Notes: generated by a model not told the origin, from the sequence alone. Counted from the stretch's first letter, positions 20,566 through 30,120 are shown. The stretch: DNA of 48,703 nucleotides from Flavobacteriales bacterium (GCA_018652335.1 JABICI010000023.1:1-48703), one strand, 5' to 3'. Translations and numbers: made by a program.

Positions 20566-21186
20566 TTATTTTAAATATATTGATTTTTGAATAGATCCAT
20601 CACTATAAATATAAAAGTATAAACTGTTATAATGAACATCTACAACTTCTCTTCCATAAAAATCAATAATCTTAGTTATTTTTCTTTTGGATTGTAACTC
20701 AACTAAAGAAGAAACTGAACAATTAGTACTAAAAACAGCTGTGTTATCAATTTGCCATGAGTAATTAGCAAGGGAGATATTATCAACTTCAACACAAAGT
20801 AAACTAGGATTATCAACTGCGGTAAAATACCAAAGTCCTGAGGGATTGCCATTTTTAACAGATAGTGATATAAGCTGATTATTACTACAATTAACTTCAA
20901 ATAAGTTACCATTACTACTTAAATCTAAACTTACAATTTGATTATCATAGCAAAAAAGTTCTGTTAAACTACTAAAATTTTCAATTCCTGTAAGATCACT
21001 AATACCCAAATCTGGAATATAAAGATAGACTACAGTATCAATGGCACTTGTAAAAACACTATCATTTAATACGTCATCAATGCCTAAATTTATTAATTCT
21101 TGTTCAAAAGCATCATCTGGAATGAAAGTGTTTTGTGTTGCTCCAACAAAAGGGAAAATTAAAATTATAAAAATTATATTTTTCAT
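20566..21186 (-). CDS. Small secreted leucine-rich-repeat protein with short T9SS-like C-terminal domain
   Basis: TFIPDDAFEQELINLG cap, ISDLTGIENF, LFCYDNQIVSLDLS LRRs, NPSLLCVEVD; tail KIIDFYGR...YIYSDGSIQK. Confidence 0.8.
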   Translation of the reverse strand: MKNIIFIILIFPFVGATQNTFIPDDAFEQELINLGIDDVLNDSVFTSAIDTVVYLYIPDLGISDLTGIENFSSLTELFCYDNQIVSLDLSSNGNLFEVNCSNNQLISLSVKNGNPSGLWYFTAVDNPSLLCVEVDNISLANYSWQIDNTAVFSTNCSVSSLVELQSKRKITKIIDFYGREVVDVHYNSLYFYIYSDGSIQKSIYLK

Positions 21187-23918
21187 TATTTCTTAATAAT
21201 TTGTTTTACAAGAGATTTTTCTCCTATAGACACATCAATAAAGTACACACCTGATTTAAATCCATTAAGAGAAAGATTAATCTGATTAACACCATTAATT
21301 ACATTAATATTTTTGTCAGCAAACATCTGTCTTCCAAGTTCATCATAAATAGTAATATTACAAGTAGAAACATTTTTTAAATCTAGCAACAAAGAAAAAT
21401 TATCAGCTACAGGATTTGGGAAAATTGTGTAATCATAATTCTTATTATTGATATTTGAGACGCTTAATATCTCCCCTATTGAATTAATATTTGTTTGATA
21501 TACACCATTTCCAAATGTTCCAACAATTAGTAAACCGTCAGACTGTCTGTATTCAATATATTCAACAATTGTAGACCCTATGGTAGAGCTTGCAACCTGC
21601 TCCCATGTAGTATTTATTCCATCAATTTTTGAAGTTGCAAATAAGCCAACTGTAGTACCGACTAAATATAGGGTGTCATCACCCAAAGGGATAATTTGAG
21701 CATCTCGACATGATGGTCCATTTCCAGATCCACTATTATTTTGTTCAAGATTCCCACCTGCTTTTTGCCAATTCTGACCACCGTCTAAACTATGCCATAA
21801 AGAATATACACTGTAATTTGAAAACACTACCATAATTTCATCAGCATTATCTGGATTTATTGCAATATCTGTACAATACGAACCACTTCCAGTTAAAATA
21901 TTTGGTAATTGAATAACATCTGGGTCACCAACACTTGCATTATCAACTCGAAATAAATATTTGTTCTGAGTTCCAACATACATAATATCTGCAGGATTAG
22001 TTGATGTAGACAATACTGATATTTTAATACTTTGTGGAGATAAAGAGTCAGAAAATAATTCCCAACCAAAATCTGATTTATCATGAGAGCCGTTGTATTG
22101 AATATTATTTAGATTATTATTTCTCCAAATTTTATTTGCTTCGGCCCAATAAATAACATTATCATTATTTGCATCCATTTCCATAGGATTCATCCACATA
22201 TAATTATTACTATCACAAGAAGCCGGATCCATTCTTTGAAATCCAAGTCTTTCTGCGTTAGTATCTAATTTCATTTTGTACATAACTCCTCTTTGAATTG
22301 TTAAATAAAAATCTTCTTCATTGTCTGCTATTCCAGCATGAGAACCATCTCCATTAAATGGCATATTCCAATTAGCATTTATATCTGGACTAAAAGTAAT
22401 TCTACTTCCATTATCTTGAAAACCTCCTTGAAGAACATCTGAATTTTCATTTTTACTTATTGCCACTGTATATAATTGAGTTGTATTATATCCATTATTT
22501 AAAGACAGCCAGTCAACAGAATCCTTGTAAATATTATTAGTTTTAAATACACCACCATCATTACCATTAATCATTATACTATCATTAGATGGAAGGTACA
22601 AAATTACATGTTGATCTGGATGATGATTTGGGTAAGAACCCCAGTTGCCATCTCCTTCAGATGACCCTGCTCTGTAACCACCAATTATTGTTGTATTTGA
22701 TGAAGTTGTAAAACCGTCTGTTGATCTCCAGAGGTTAGTACCTCCAATTATAACAAGATTACTATCTGTTGGATGCACATTAACTACAAGGTCATATGAA
22801 CCTTGAGCATTAAAATTATCAAATGAAGTATTCTGGTTAGTTGGTATGCTAGATGAAAGGTCAGTCCATTGCCCACCAGCACCTGTTCCATCTCCAGAAA
22901 TATATTCATACTTCCACAAAGAAGTCCAAGTTTCTCCACCAAAAAAGACATCTGTATGTTGACCATAACCTGTAGTCTCAGCAGCTAAGAAATATATCTG
23001 ATTTTCATTAGAAGGATTAATACCAATAACTACACGACTATACACAGGAGGAAATAGAGAATCTGCAATATTTATCCAATTTTGCCCGTCACTTGATCGC
23101 CAAATCCCATTGTCACTACAGTTACTACTAATTGTGGCATAAACTACACCCTGGCTAGTAACATTAACATCAGTGTATTGATAATAATTTGTATTAGATC
23201 CACCAAGTTGCTTTGTCCAACTTAACCCACCATCAACTGATTTGTAAATATCACCCCTTGTAGCAACATATACTACATCTAATGAATCATTGCTGAAATC
23301 TGTTTTTATACTAAATGTAAAATCAAAATCACCATCTAAAACTGTGGGAGTATTTGAAGTAGTAATTGGTAATGAGTCCCAGCTCAAACCACCGTCTATT
23401 GATTTCCAAATACCATTACCATAAATAGAAACGTCACTCAGATATGAGCCTCTATTTTCTCCAGTACCAAAATACCAGATATTTTCTTTACCATCTCTTC
23501 TATCTTGAGTTAAACATGAAATTCGATGTTCCTGACTGGGTTGAGTTGTCATTGTCCAGCTAGCTCCGGCATCAATAGAACGAAACATACCTCCTGAAGC
23601 TCCTCCTGCAAGTATAATATTCTCGTCTAAAACATCTAATGCCAAGGCTCTTGTTCTTCCGCCTACATTAAAAGGACCTCTATTTATCCAGTTTGATTTA
23701 CTAAAATTCTTAGAAATTGGAATAGTTTTTGCAAATGTCATTTCTTTCTTTCTAATATTTTTTGGGATTTCTCCAGTTGCAGGGTCAATTAATCTCATTT
23801 GTTCCCATACAATTCTTTCTGATGGATTATCAGAGGGGTAAAAAACAGATTTATTTTCTTTCTCACTAATTGAGGAAGCTATTACTAAACTTAAAATAAA
23901 GGGTAGAATTTGAAACAT
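21186..23918 (-). CDS. Secreted BNR/Asp-box (VPS10/Ycf48-like) beta-propeller protein with T9SS type A CTD
   Basis: WINRGPFNVGGRTRAL; repeated S.DGG.SW Asp-boxes; HPDQH; GNDGGV; CTD IFPNP...IYDELGR...GVYFI...KQIIKK. Confidence 0.85.
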   Translation of the reverse strand: MFQILPFILSLVIASSISEKENKSVFYPSDNPSERIVWEQMRLIDPATGEIPKNIRKKEMTFAKTIPISKNFSKSNWINRGPFNVGGRTRALALDVLDENIILAGGASGGMFRSIDAGASWTMTTQPSQEHRISCLTQDRRDGKENIWYFGTGENRGSYLSDVSIYGNGIWKSIDGGLSWDSLPITTSNTPTVLDGDFDFTFSIKTDFSNDSLDVVYVATRGDIYKSVDGGLSWTKQLGGSNTNYYQYTDVNVTSQGVVYATISSNCSDNGIWRSSDGQNWINIADSLFPPVYSRVVIGINPSNENQIYFLAAETTGYGQHTDVFFGGETWTSLWKYEYISGDGTGAGGQWTDLSSSIPTNQNTSFDNFNAQGSYDLVVNVHPTDSNLVIIGGTNLWRSTDGFTTSSNTTIIGGYRAGSSEGDGNWGSYPNHHPDQHVILYLPSNDSIMINGNDGGVFKTNNIYKDSVDWLSLNNGYNTTQLYTVAISKNENSDVLQGGFQDNGSRITFSPDINANWNMPFNGDGSHAGIADNEEDFYLTIQRGVMYKMKLDTNAERLGFQRMDPASCDSNNYMWMNPMEMDANNDNVIYWAEANKIWRNNNLNNIQYNGSHDKSDFGWELFSDSLSPQSIKISVLSTSTNPADIMYVGTQNKYLFRVDNASVGDPDVIQLPNILTGSGSYCTDIAINPDNADEIMVVFSNYSVYSLWHSLDGGQNWQKAGGNLEQNNSGSGNGPSCRDAQIIPLGDDTLYLVGTTVGLFATSKIDGINTTWEQVASSTIGSTIVEYIEYRQSDGLLIVGTFGNGVYQTNINSIGEILSVSNINNKNYDYTIFPNPVADNFSLLLDLKNVSTCNITIYDELGRQMFADKNINVINGVNQINLSLNGFKSGVYFIDVSIGEKSLVKQIIKK

Positions 23919-23995
23919 GGCAGTTTTTTTGTAAAAATAACAAAATATATATCAAATATAATTGACAATAAACTCGCTATACTAAAAAAAATATA

Positions 23996-24379
23996 TCACT
24001 CTTTACTATTAAAAGAGATAAATATATTTATCCAAATTAATCTTGATAAAAAATAAACAACAGGAGAGATAATAATTAGTGAAATTGAAATAATAATAAT
24101 TTCATTTATAACATTTATACTATTAAAAAATAAACTTAAAGCTAGCCAAATTATCAAAAATACAGATACTGAAAGTGCGTAACTAACATACATAGCGCCA
24201 TACCAAAAACCTAATTCTATCTCAAATTTAAGATTACAACTTTTACAGCTACCTAAATCGCCATTATTTTTAACAAAAATATTAGTATATGGATTATTTC
24301 TAGGCCAAAATTTTGAGGATTGGCACCTAGGACAAACATTGTTTAAAATACTATATGCTTTTGTTCCTTTTGTAAACAT
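23996..24379 (-). CDS. DUF983-family membrane protein
   Basis: CPRC...CKSC, E.GFWYGAMYVSYAL, SRLIWINIF. Confidence 0.85.
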   Translation of the reverse strand: MFTKGTKAYSILNNVCPRCQSSKFWPRNNPYTNIFVKNNGDLGSCKSCNLKFEIELGFWYGAMYVSYALSVSVFLIIWLALSLFFNSINVINEIIIISISLIIISPVVYFLSRLIWINIFISFNSKE

Positions 24380-24387
24380 AATTTAAT

Positions 24388-25461
24388 TTAAAACTTAATT
24401 TCTTTTTTAACATTATTCCAAAATTTAAAAAAGGATGGAAAATCACCTTTCACACTACACAACCAATCTCTATTATCTTCAATTCCTTTATAGTTAAAGT
24501 TTAGAGGATGTTCCTTAAAAAAAATATTATTAGATTTTTTCGGTATATCTTGAAATTCACCAACGAAAACCTTAATATCTTTAATGTTTTTTGATAATTC
24601 AAGCATGAAATTCATTGAATTATCACTAATAGGATACTTTTTAAAAATACTGGGTTCTATTAAAAGAATTCTATGAGCATCAATATCATTACGCCAAACT
24701 GGGTCAAGATTATAATAATTATATACACATATATCCTTATTATCATTTAAAATTAATTGATCAGATTCTGGAAAATTTGTTTCTCTTATTTCTTTAGAAA
24801 TTTCTGAAAATATTGCAGGTTGTGACATTTCAGATATTACATCATAGCTAGTATCTAAGAATGTATTTTTTTGAATGACTTTTGTGTATTTATTAATATT
24901 ATCTTGATTTGCTATATATTTCTTGTTACTGTTAGCTCCACAAACCCATTGCCAGCTTAATGAATTAGATGCTAAATCTCCATCGAGCAAATAAAAGTAC
25001 ATCCAATTTGCAGGATCATTCCATCTAAATTTTGCAATGTTTGTTGCTAAAAAAGCAATATACATCCTTAAATGATTATGCATGTAGCCAGTCTTATATA
25101 ATTCTTTAATTGAGGAGTCGAGGACATTAATACCAGTCTTTGCATCAGTTATACACTTAGAAATACCATTTTCATTAACATCTGTTTGGATATTTTTAAT
25201 ATCCTTGTTTATATCTTTTAACTGCCAGATTAACTGCCAATAATCTCTCCAAGCTAATTCCTGTACAAATTTTTCAATTTCATTAAAATGATATTCTTTT
25301 TCTTTTAAGTTTTGAAAAACTTGCTTTGTAGATATTACACCTCTAGAAATAAAAGGAGATAGCATAGATACTGATCCATCAATAAAATTTCGAGTTCTAG
25401 CATACTGTACTGGATTGATTAAGTCAATTCTTTTTAAAATATCAGCATATTTAGTAATCAT
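24388..25461 (-). CDS. Short photolyase with N-terminal FAD-binding domain (domain-inverted class)
   Basis: Begins YARTRNFIDGSVSMLSPFISRG, ELAWRDYW, LYKTGYMHNHLRMY, LLDGDLASNSLSWQWV. A short alpha/beta segment follows at the C-terminus. Confidence 0.85.
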   Translation of the reverse strand: MITKYADILKRIDLINPVQYARTRNFIDGSVSMLSPFISRGVISTKQVFQNLKEKEYHFNEIEKFVQELAWRDYWQLIWQLKDINKDIKNIQTDVNENGISKCITDAKTGINVLDSSIKELYKTGYMHNHLRMYIAFLATNIAKFRWNDPANWMYFYLLDGDLASNSLSWQWVCGANSNKKYIANQDNINKYTKVIQKNTFLDTSYDVISEMSQPAIFSEISKEIRETNFPESDQLILNDNKDICVYNYYNLDPVWRNDIDAHRILLIEPSIFKKYPISDNSMNFMLELSKNIKDIKVFVGEFQDIPKKSNNIFFKEHPLNFNYKGIEDNRDWLCSVKGDFPSFFKFWNNVKKEIKF

Positions 25462-25937
25462 AATATAATTTTATTTTTAACTAAATCTTGAAATGTTAAA
25501 ATATTTGATTCAGAAAATGTTTTGAATTTATCTACATTAAAAAGAAATAACTCATGATCTCCATTAATTGCAAATGAGTTTTTCTTATCAATTTTAATTA
25601 AAGCAATTGTTCCATGTAAAACTTCAAAATCATTCCAGTTAATTAATAACTTTTTATCTCTTAAAAATTTATCCTTATTAAATTTATATCCAGATTTTTT
25701 ACCAAATTTCTTAACAAGTTCAATTTGATTTTTTGATAAAAGTTGTAAAACAAATTGATTAGAATTTTTAACATTTTTGTATGTTAAAGTATTATAATCT
25801 ATTGCAATTGCATAAATTTTAGGTTTCATACTTACTGCAGTGACATAAGTACAAATATTCATATTAATTTTACCTTTTTCATCAACAGTTTGAAGACTAT
25901 AGATTGGAGAATCAATTATATTCCAAGGACGTTTCAT
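25458..25937 (-). CDS. Flavin reductase-like protein
   Basis: NMNICTYVTAVSMKPK, FGKKSG, GDHELF; overlaps the photolyase start by 4 bp. Confidence 0.85.
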   Translation of the reverse strand: MKRPWNIIDSPIYSLQTVDEKGKINMNICTYVTAVSMKPKIYAIAIDYNTLTYKNVKNSNQFVLQLLSKNQIELVKKFGKKSGYKFNKDKFLRDKKLLINWNDFEVLHGTIALIKIDKKNSFAINGDHELFLFNVDKFKTFSESNILTFQDLVKNKIIL

Positions 25938-25955
25938 TTTAAGCTTTACTATTAA

Positions 25956-26687
25956 TTATCTTCTTGAACTTAGCTTTGCAAGTAATCGTAGGATTTCAAG
26001 ATATAACCAAATTAATGTTACAAGAAGACCAAATGCCCCATACCACTCCATATATTTAGGTGCGCCTCTTTCAGCACCATTTTCAATAAAGTCAAAGTCC
26101 ATCACTAAATTTAATGAAGCTATAACAACCACAACAAGAGAAAAACCAATGCTTATCATTGAAGAATTATTTGGATTCATTACAGGCAATCCTCCACTTC
26201 CAAATATACTCATAAAAAAGCTAATTAAATATACTATGCCAACACCTGCGGTGGCGGCAAAAAGTCCAAGCTTAAAGTTTTCAGTAGCTTTTATAATTTT
26301 AGTTTTATAAGCAAACAATAATGCAAATAATATACCTAAAGTTAACATAATTGCCTGCGGAACAATTCCAGGAACAAATGCATCTGCATACATCTTGGAA
26401 ATTCCACCTAAAGCTAAACCTTCAAGCAAAGCATAAATAGGAACTGTAGTTGGAGACCATTCTTTTTTAAAAATAGTAATTAAAGCAAGAATTAAACCAC
26501 CAATAGTTCCAACTAATATATAATCCATTATCGCATTACTATATGTATAATATCCAGCAAGTAATAAAATACCCATACTAATTGCTGTTTTATTAACAGC
26601 GCCATCTAGTGTCATAACATCACTTGATGAAGATGATAAATTTTCAAAAGTCTTGTTACTTAAGGCTGGGTTACCTGATCTAATCAT
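25956..26687 (-). CDS. Bax inhibitor-1/YccA family membrane protein
   Basis: RSGNPAL, MTLDGAVNKT, LNLVMDFDFIE.G...GAPKYMEWYGAFGLLVTLIWLYLEILRLL. Confidence 0.92.
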   Translation of the reverse strand: MIRSGNPALSNKTFENLSSSSSDVMTLDGAVNKTAISMGILLLAGYYTYSNAIMDYILVGTIGGLILALITIFKKEWSPTTVPIYALLEGLALGGISKMYADAFVPGIVPQAIMLTLGILFALLFAYKTKIIKATENFKLGLFAATAGVGIVYLISFFMSIFGSGGLPVMNPNNSSMISIGFSLVVVVIASLNLVMDFDFIENGAERGAPKYMEWYGAFGLLVTLIWLYLEILRLLAKLSSRR

Positions 26688-26840
26688 AATATTATTTTAT
26701 TACAAATTTAGAACAAAATATTTAATAATTTTGAACAAAATACATATTCATATCAAAATGTATAAACACAGAAACTATGCTTTGCATATAATTCAAATTT
26801 AAATATCTTTATTTAGCAAAAATTAACAAAATAGAAAAAA

Positions 26841-27395
26841 ATGAAAAAAAAAATATTAACAATAACATTAGGCATCTTTATTTTAACAGCTAACGCACAG
26901 ATTGAGAAACTAGCAGGACCAAGACTTGGAATAACATTTATTGGTGCAGGACCAGTTGCAGATTTCTTACATGAAGGGTTTGATTTTAATGAAAGTGATA
27001 AATATGGAAGTACTGGATCTGCTATGACAACACAATACGGATGGCAATGGGAATCAAGATTTGCAGATGGAGGTGGCGATGTAGTTGGAATAGTAGAATG
27101 GATGTTTCTAGTATCAGGAATGGAACAAGGAAAATTTTTACCATCAGCAACTTCAATAATAGGAGTTAGAAAAGGAAATGGCTATGAAGTAGGTGTTGGT
27201 CCGAATCTATCATTATCTGGAATTGGAATGGTATTTGCAGTTGGTTATAATTTTAAATCTGGTAATTTAAATTTACCAGTGAATATTGCGTTTATGCCAG
27301 GAAGACAATTAACAGGTGAGGCTGATGGTCAAGAATATAAATACAGCTCTGGTGAAAGAATATCACTTATGATTGGATTTAATATGAGTAAATAA
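26841..27395 (+). CDS. Hypothetical exported protein, probable small outer-membrane beta-barrel
   Basis: Signal peptide ending ANA-Q; alternating beta-strand pattern (GPRLGITF, QYGWQWE, EVGVGPNLS, RISLMIGFN). Confidence 0.7.
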   Translation: MKKKILTITLGIFILTANAQIEKLAGPRLGITFIGAGPVADFLHEGFDFNESDKYGSTGSAMTTQYGWQWESRFADGGGDVVGIVEWMFLVSGMEQGKFLPSATSIIGVRKGNGYEVGVGPNLSLSGIGMVFAVGYNFKSGNLNLPVNIAFMPGRQLTGEADGQEYKYSSGERISLMIGFNMSK

Positions 27396-27405
27396 AAAAA
27401 TAATC

Positions 27406-27744
27406 TTAGTAGTCATGATCTCCATGATCTTCACAATGAATTTCATATTGTGAATTAGCACTTCCTGGCCCATATTCACCTGGAAGTAGAGGAATTCCGT
27501 CGCTGGAGTATAGTGTGTCTGTAACAGTGTACACATAACTTGATGATTCTGCATCTCTTAATTCATCTTCACAAAAATCTTCTCCTCCTGATGCATTTAG
27601 AATTTCCCATTGAGTCTCTGATTTATCAGGCAGGGCAATATGACACTCGTGACAAAGCTCAGCATCATCATCTTTAGAGCAAGAAGTCATACTGCTAATT
27701 GCTAAAAATGCAACACCCATTACTAAATAATTTACTTTTTTCAT
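27406..27744 (-). CDS. Surface lipoprotein with CxxCH motif and His/Asp-rich tail (putative metal-binding TBDR partner)
   Basis: Lipobox MTSC then SKDDD (Bacteroidota lipoprotein export signal); CHECH; tail IHCEDHGDHDY. Confidence 0.8.
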   Translation of the reverse strand: MKKVNYLVMGVAFLAISSMTSCSKDDDAELCHECHIALPDKSETQWEILNASGGEDFCEDELRDAESSSYVYTVTDTLYSSDGIPLLPGEYGPGSANSQYEIHCEDHGDHDY

Positions 27745-27762
27745 TTTTATATATATTTAATT

Positions 27763-27814
27763 AATACTGACACCTTAAGAGGTGTTTCGCTTCTTTAAAG
27801 CTCATCAGAGTATT
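27763..27814 (-). ncRNA. Hammerhead ribozyme, type I; predicted cleavage after GUC (between 27769 and 27768)
   Basis: Minus strand AAUACU-CUGAUGA-GCUU-UAAAG-AAGC-GAA-ACACCU-CUUA-AGGUGU-C-AGUAUU. Stem I AAUACU/AGUAUU, stem II GCUU/AAGC and stem III ACACCU/AGGUGU are all perfect Watson-Crick, and every conserved core nucleotide is present. Confidence 0.93.
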
Positions 27815-30040
27815 TTAAAATTCATATTTTAAATTAATATTGAAAAATCTTCCAGGATTAGGTACTCCACCAGCAACTCCTCTTACTCTTGATATATGAG
27901 GTGAATATACTTCATTAAATAAGTTGTTTAAACTTAATACACAATGTAATTTATCATTAAATTTTAATCCTAGTTGTAGATTTATAACATTGTATTCTGG
28001 AGTTAAAGATTCATATTCAGCGTAACTATTTTGCTGAAATTTATAAACATGATAAATAGATATATAATCAAATTTATATTTAATAATTTTTTCATATTTA
28101 TTAAAATCAAATAAAACTTTTGTTTTAATACTATTTGCAGGCACTAGAGCCAAACCGTACACATCATCTTTATTTTTAGTATGTAAAAAAGAATAAGATT
28201 GCTCAATATGTAAATTATGTAATTGATGAGGATGATAGTGTAAATTGAATTCAACACCTTTAATTTCAACTTTTTCATATTGTGTGTAATTATACACCTT
28301 GTAACTATCTTGAATTGAGTCTGTTGGAGTTATTGAAATAAAATCAGATATATATTGTGCAAATGGATTTAAAACAATCCCTATATGTTCATTAGACCAT
28401 TGATATTTAAAATCAAACTGATTAGCATATTCAATTTTTAATTGATTATCTCCAATTTCATACCTGTTTGTACCATGATGAACACCATCTGAAAAAAGCT
28501 CAGAAAAATGCGGTGCTCTATACGCTCCAGAATATGTAAATCTTAAAATATGATCAATGAATTTATAATAAAATCCTGTAGATAGACTTGTATTAGAAAA
28601 GACTTGATCATAATTAATATTGAATTTTTCGCTCTGATCATTAACCTTCAAATTTTTATAATCGTAGCGAATACCTGAATTAAATCCAAAATCATTTTTT
28701 TCATAATCAACTATAAAATAAGGACCTACATTAAATGACGAGGCATCTGGAACTAATCTATCTATTTCATTATTCTTATTATTAAGTATTGTAATTTGAG
28801 AACCAAAATTGACAGTAATACTTCCTAAATTATATCTAACACTAGGAGATATCTGCGTATTAGATAAATCAATATCAAACGCTGGTTTAGTCCACTTTTC
28901 CCACTCTTGTAAATTATTTATAAAATGACCAACATATAAGTTAAATTTTAAGTTATTCTGAAGGAAGATAGACTCATAAATAATCAGCTGATTGTTAACT
29001 ACCTGATTAGGTCTAGATGTATCATAGTCAGTTGAGAAATCTAAAGATGATGAAGTAAGATCAATAAGATTAGACTCTTGAGGATCGCCATGAATATGGC
29101 CCGGAATTCCTGGTGCTTCGGTATGCCTATGATATCTAAAAATATTTTGCCAGTTCTTAAGCCTATGTGCTAATGAAAATTTTATAGCATTTTGTTTGAA
29201 TCTTGAATTAAACAAATACCAACTATTGGGTAAGCGATAATCTGAAGAAATTGCATACTGACCATACAAATTAAAATAAAAATTCTTTTCACCCCACTTA
29301 ATTCCAAATTGATTACTACTTAAATAGCTACTATTATTAAATTTCGTAGAAAGGAAACCTTTTATTTTTTTACTATCAACAAAAGGATGATCTTTAAAGT
29401 ATAATACACCTCCAATAGCTTCTGAGCCATACTTCAATGCACTAGAACCCTTGATCAATTCTACTTCATTTAAACCTAAATCTGTAAATCCTATACCATG
29501 ATCATTTGCCCATTGCTGATTATTTATTTGCATACCATTTAAATAAGTAACAACACGCATTCCAGATAATCCCCTAACAACTACTTTTTGTATACCTAAA
29601 CCAGATGAGATCATATCTACTCCATTTAACTGAGAAATACTCTCAACCATAGAGTTAGATTCTAAAAAATTAAGTGATTTCTTTTCAATATTTGTTAACT
29701 TACTATTTCCTAATTTATTATGGGTACTTGATATACCAACTTCATCTAAACTAACATGAAGTTTATTAAGAACAATCTCCAATGTCATATTAGATGTATA
29801 TTTAATTTTTTTGGTTGAATATCCATTCTTGTAAAAATTTATATAACTATTATTGGGAATATCGGATTCAGTGACAAACTCACCATTTCCATCACTATAC
29901 AATAGTATATTTTGATCAGATAGATATATATCAACCTGATTTATTGGTTTGTTATTATCATCTAAGATAATACCTATAGTTTGAGAATAAATTGTAAAAA
30001 CATTCATCACAATTAGTGATGAAAAAAGTAACTTTTTCAT
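27815..30040 (-). CDS. TonB-dependent receptor, probable metal uptake type
   Basis: Signal peptide, N-terminal extension, plug (VVRGLSGMRV...QQWANDHG, ELIKGSSALKYGSEAIGGV), His motifs GHIHG and ELFSDGVHHGT, terminal NPGRFFNINLKYEF. Confidence 0.92.
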   Translation of the reverse strand: MKKLLFSSLIVMNVFTIYSQTIGIILDDNNKPINQVDIYLSDQNILLYSDGNGEFVTESDIPNNSYINFYKNGYSTKKIKYTSNMTLEIVLNKLHVSLDEVGISSTHNKLGNSKLTNIEKKSLNFLESNSMVESISQLNGVDMISSGLGIQKVVVRGLSGMRVVTYLNGMQINNQQWANDHGIGFTDLGLNEVELIKGSSALKYGSEAIGGVLYFKDHPFVDSKKIKGFLSTKFNNSSYLSSNQFGIKWGEKNFYFNLYGQYAISSDYRLPNSWYLFNSRFKQNAIKFSLAHRLKNWQNIFRYHRHTEAPGIPGHIHGDPQESNLIDLTSSSLDFSTDYDTSRPNQVVNNQLIIYESIFLQNNLKFNLYVGHFINNLQEWEKWTKPAFDIDLSNTQISPSVRYNLGSITVNFGSQITILNNKNNEIDRLVPDASSFNVGPYFIVDYEKNDFGFNSGIRYDYKNLKVNDQSEKFNINYDQVFSNTSLSTGFYYKFIDHILRFTYSGAYRAPHFSELFSDGVHHGTNRYEIGDNQLKIEYANQFDFKYQWSNEHIGIVLNPFAQYISDFISITPTDSIQDSYKVYNYTQYEKVEIKGVEFNLHYHPHQLHNLHIEQSYSFLHTKNKDDVYGLALVPANSIKTKVLFDFNKYEKIIKYKFDYISIYHVYKFQQNSYAEYESLTPEYNVINLQLGLKFNDKLHCVLSLNNLFNEVYSPHISRVRGVAGGVPNPGRFFNINLKYEF

Positions 30041-30057
30041 ATAATAATAAATAAAGT

Positions 30058-30084
30058 AAAAAAACGCTTAACTATATAGTTAAG
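30058..30084 (-). terminator. Terminator/attenuator-like hairpin between the upstream ORF and the TBDR
   Basis: Perfect 18-bp palindrome CTTAACTATATAGTTAAG (30067-30084) followed on the minus strand by CG-TTTTTTT. Confidence 0.6.
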
Positions 30085-30120
30085 AGGTGAAATCATACTT
30101 AGTCATGTAAGACTATTTAT

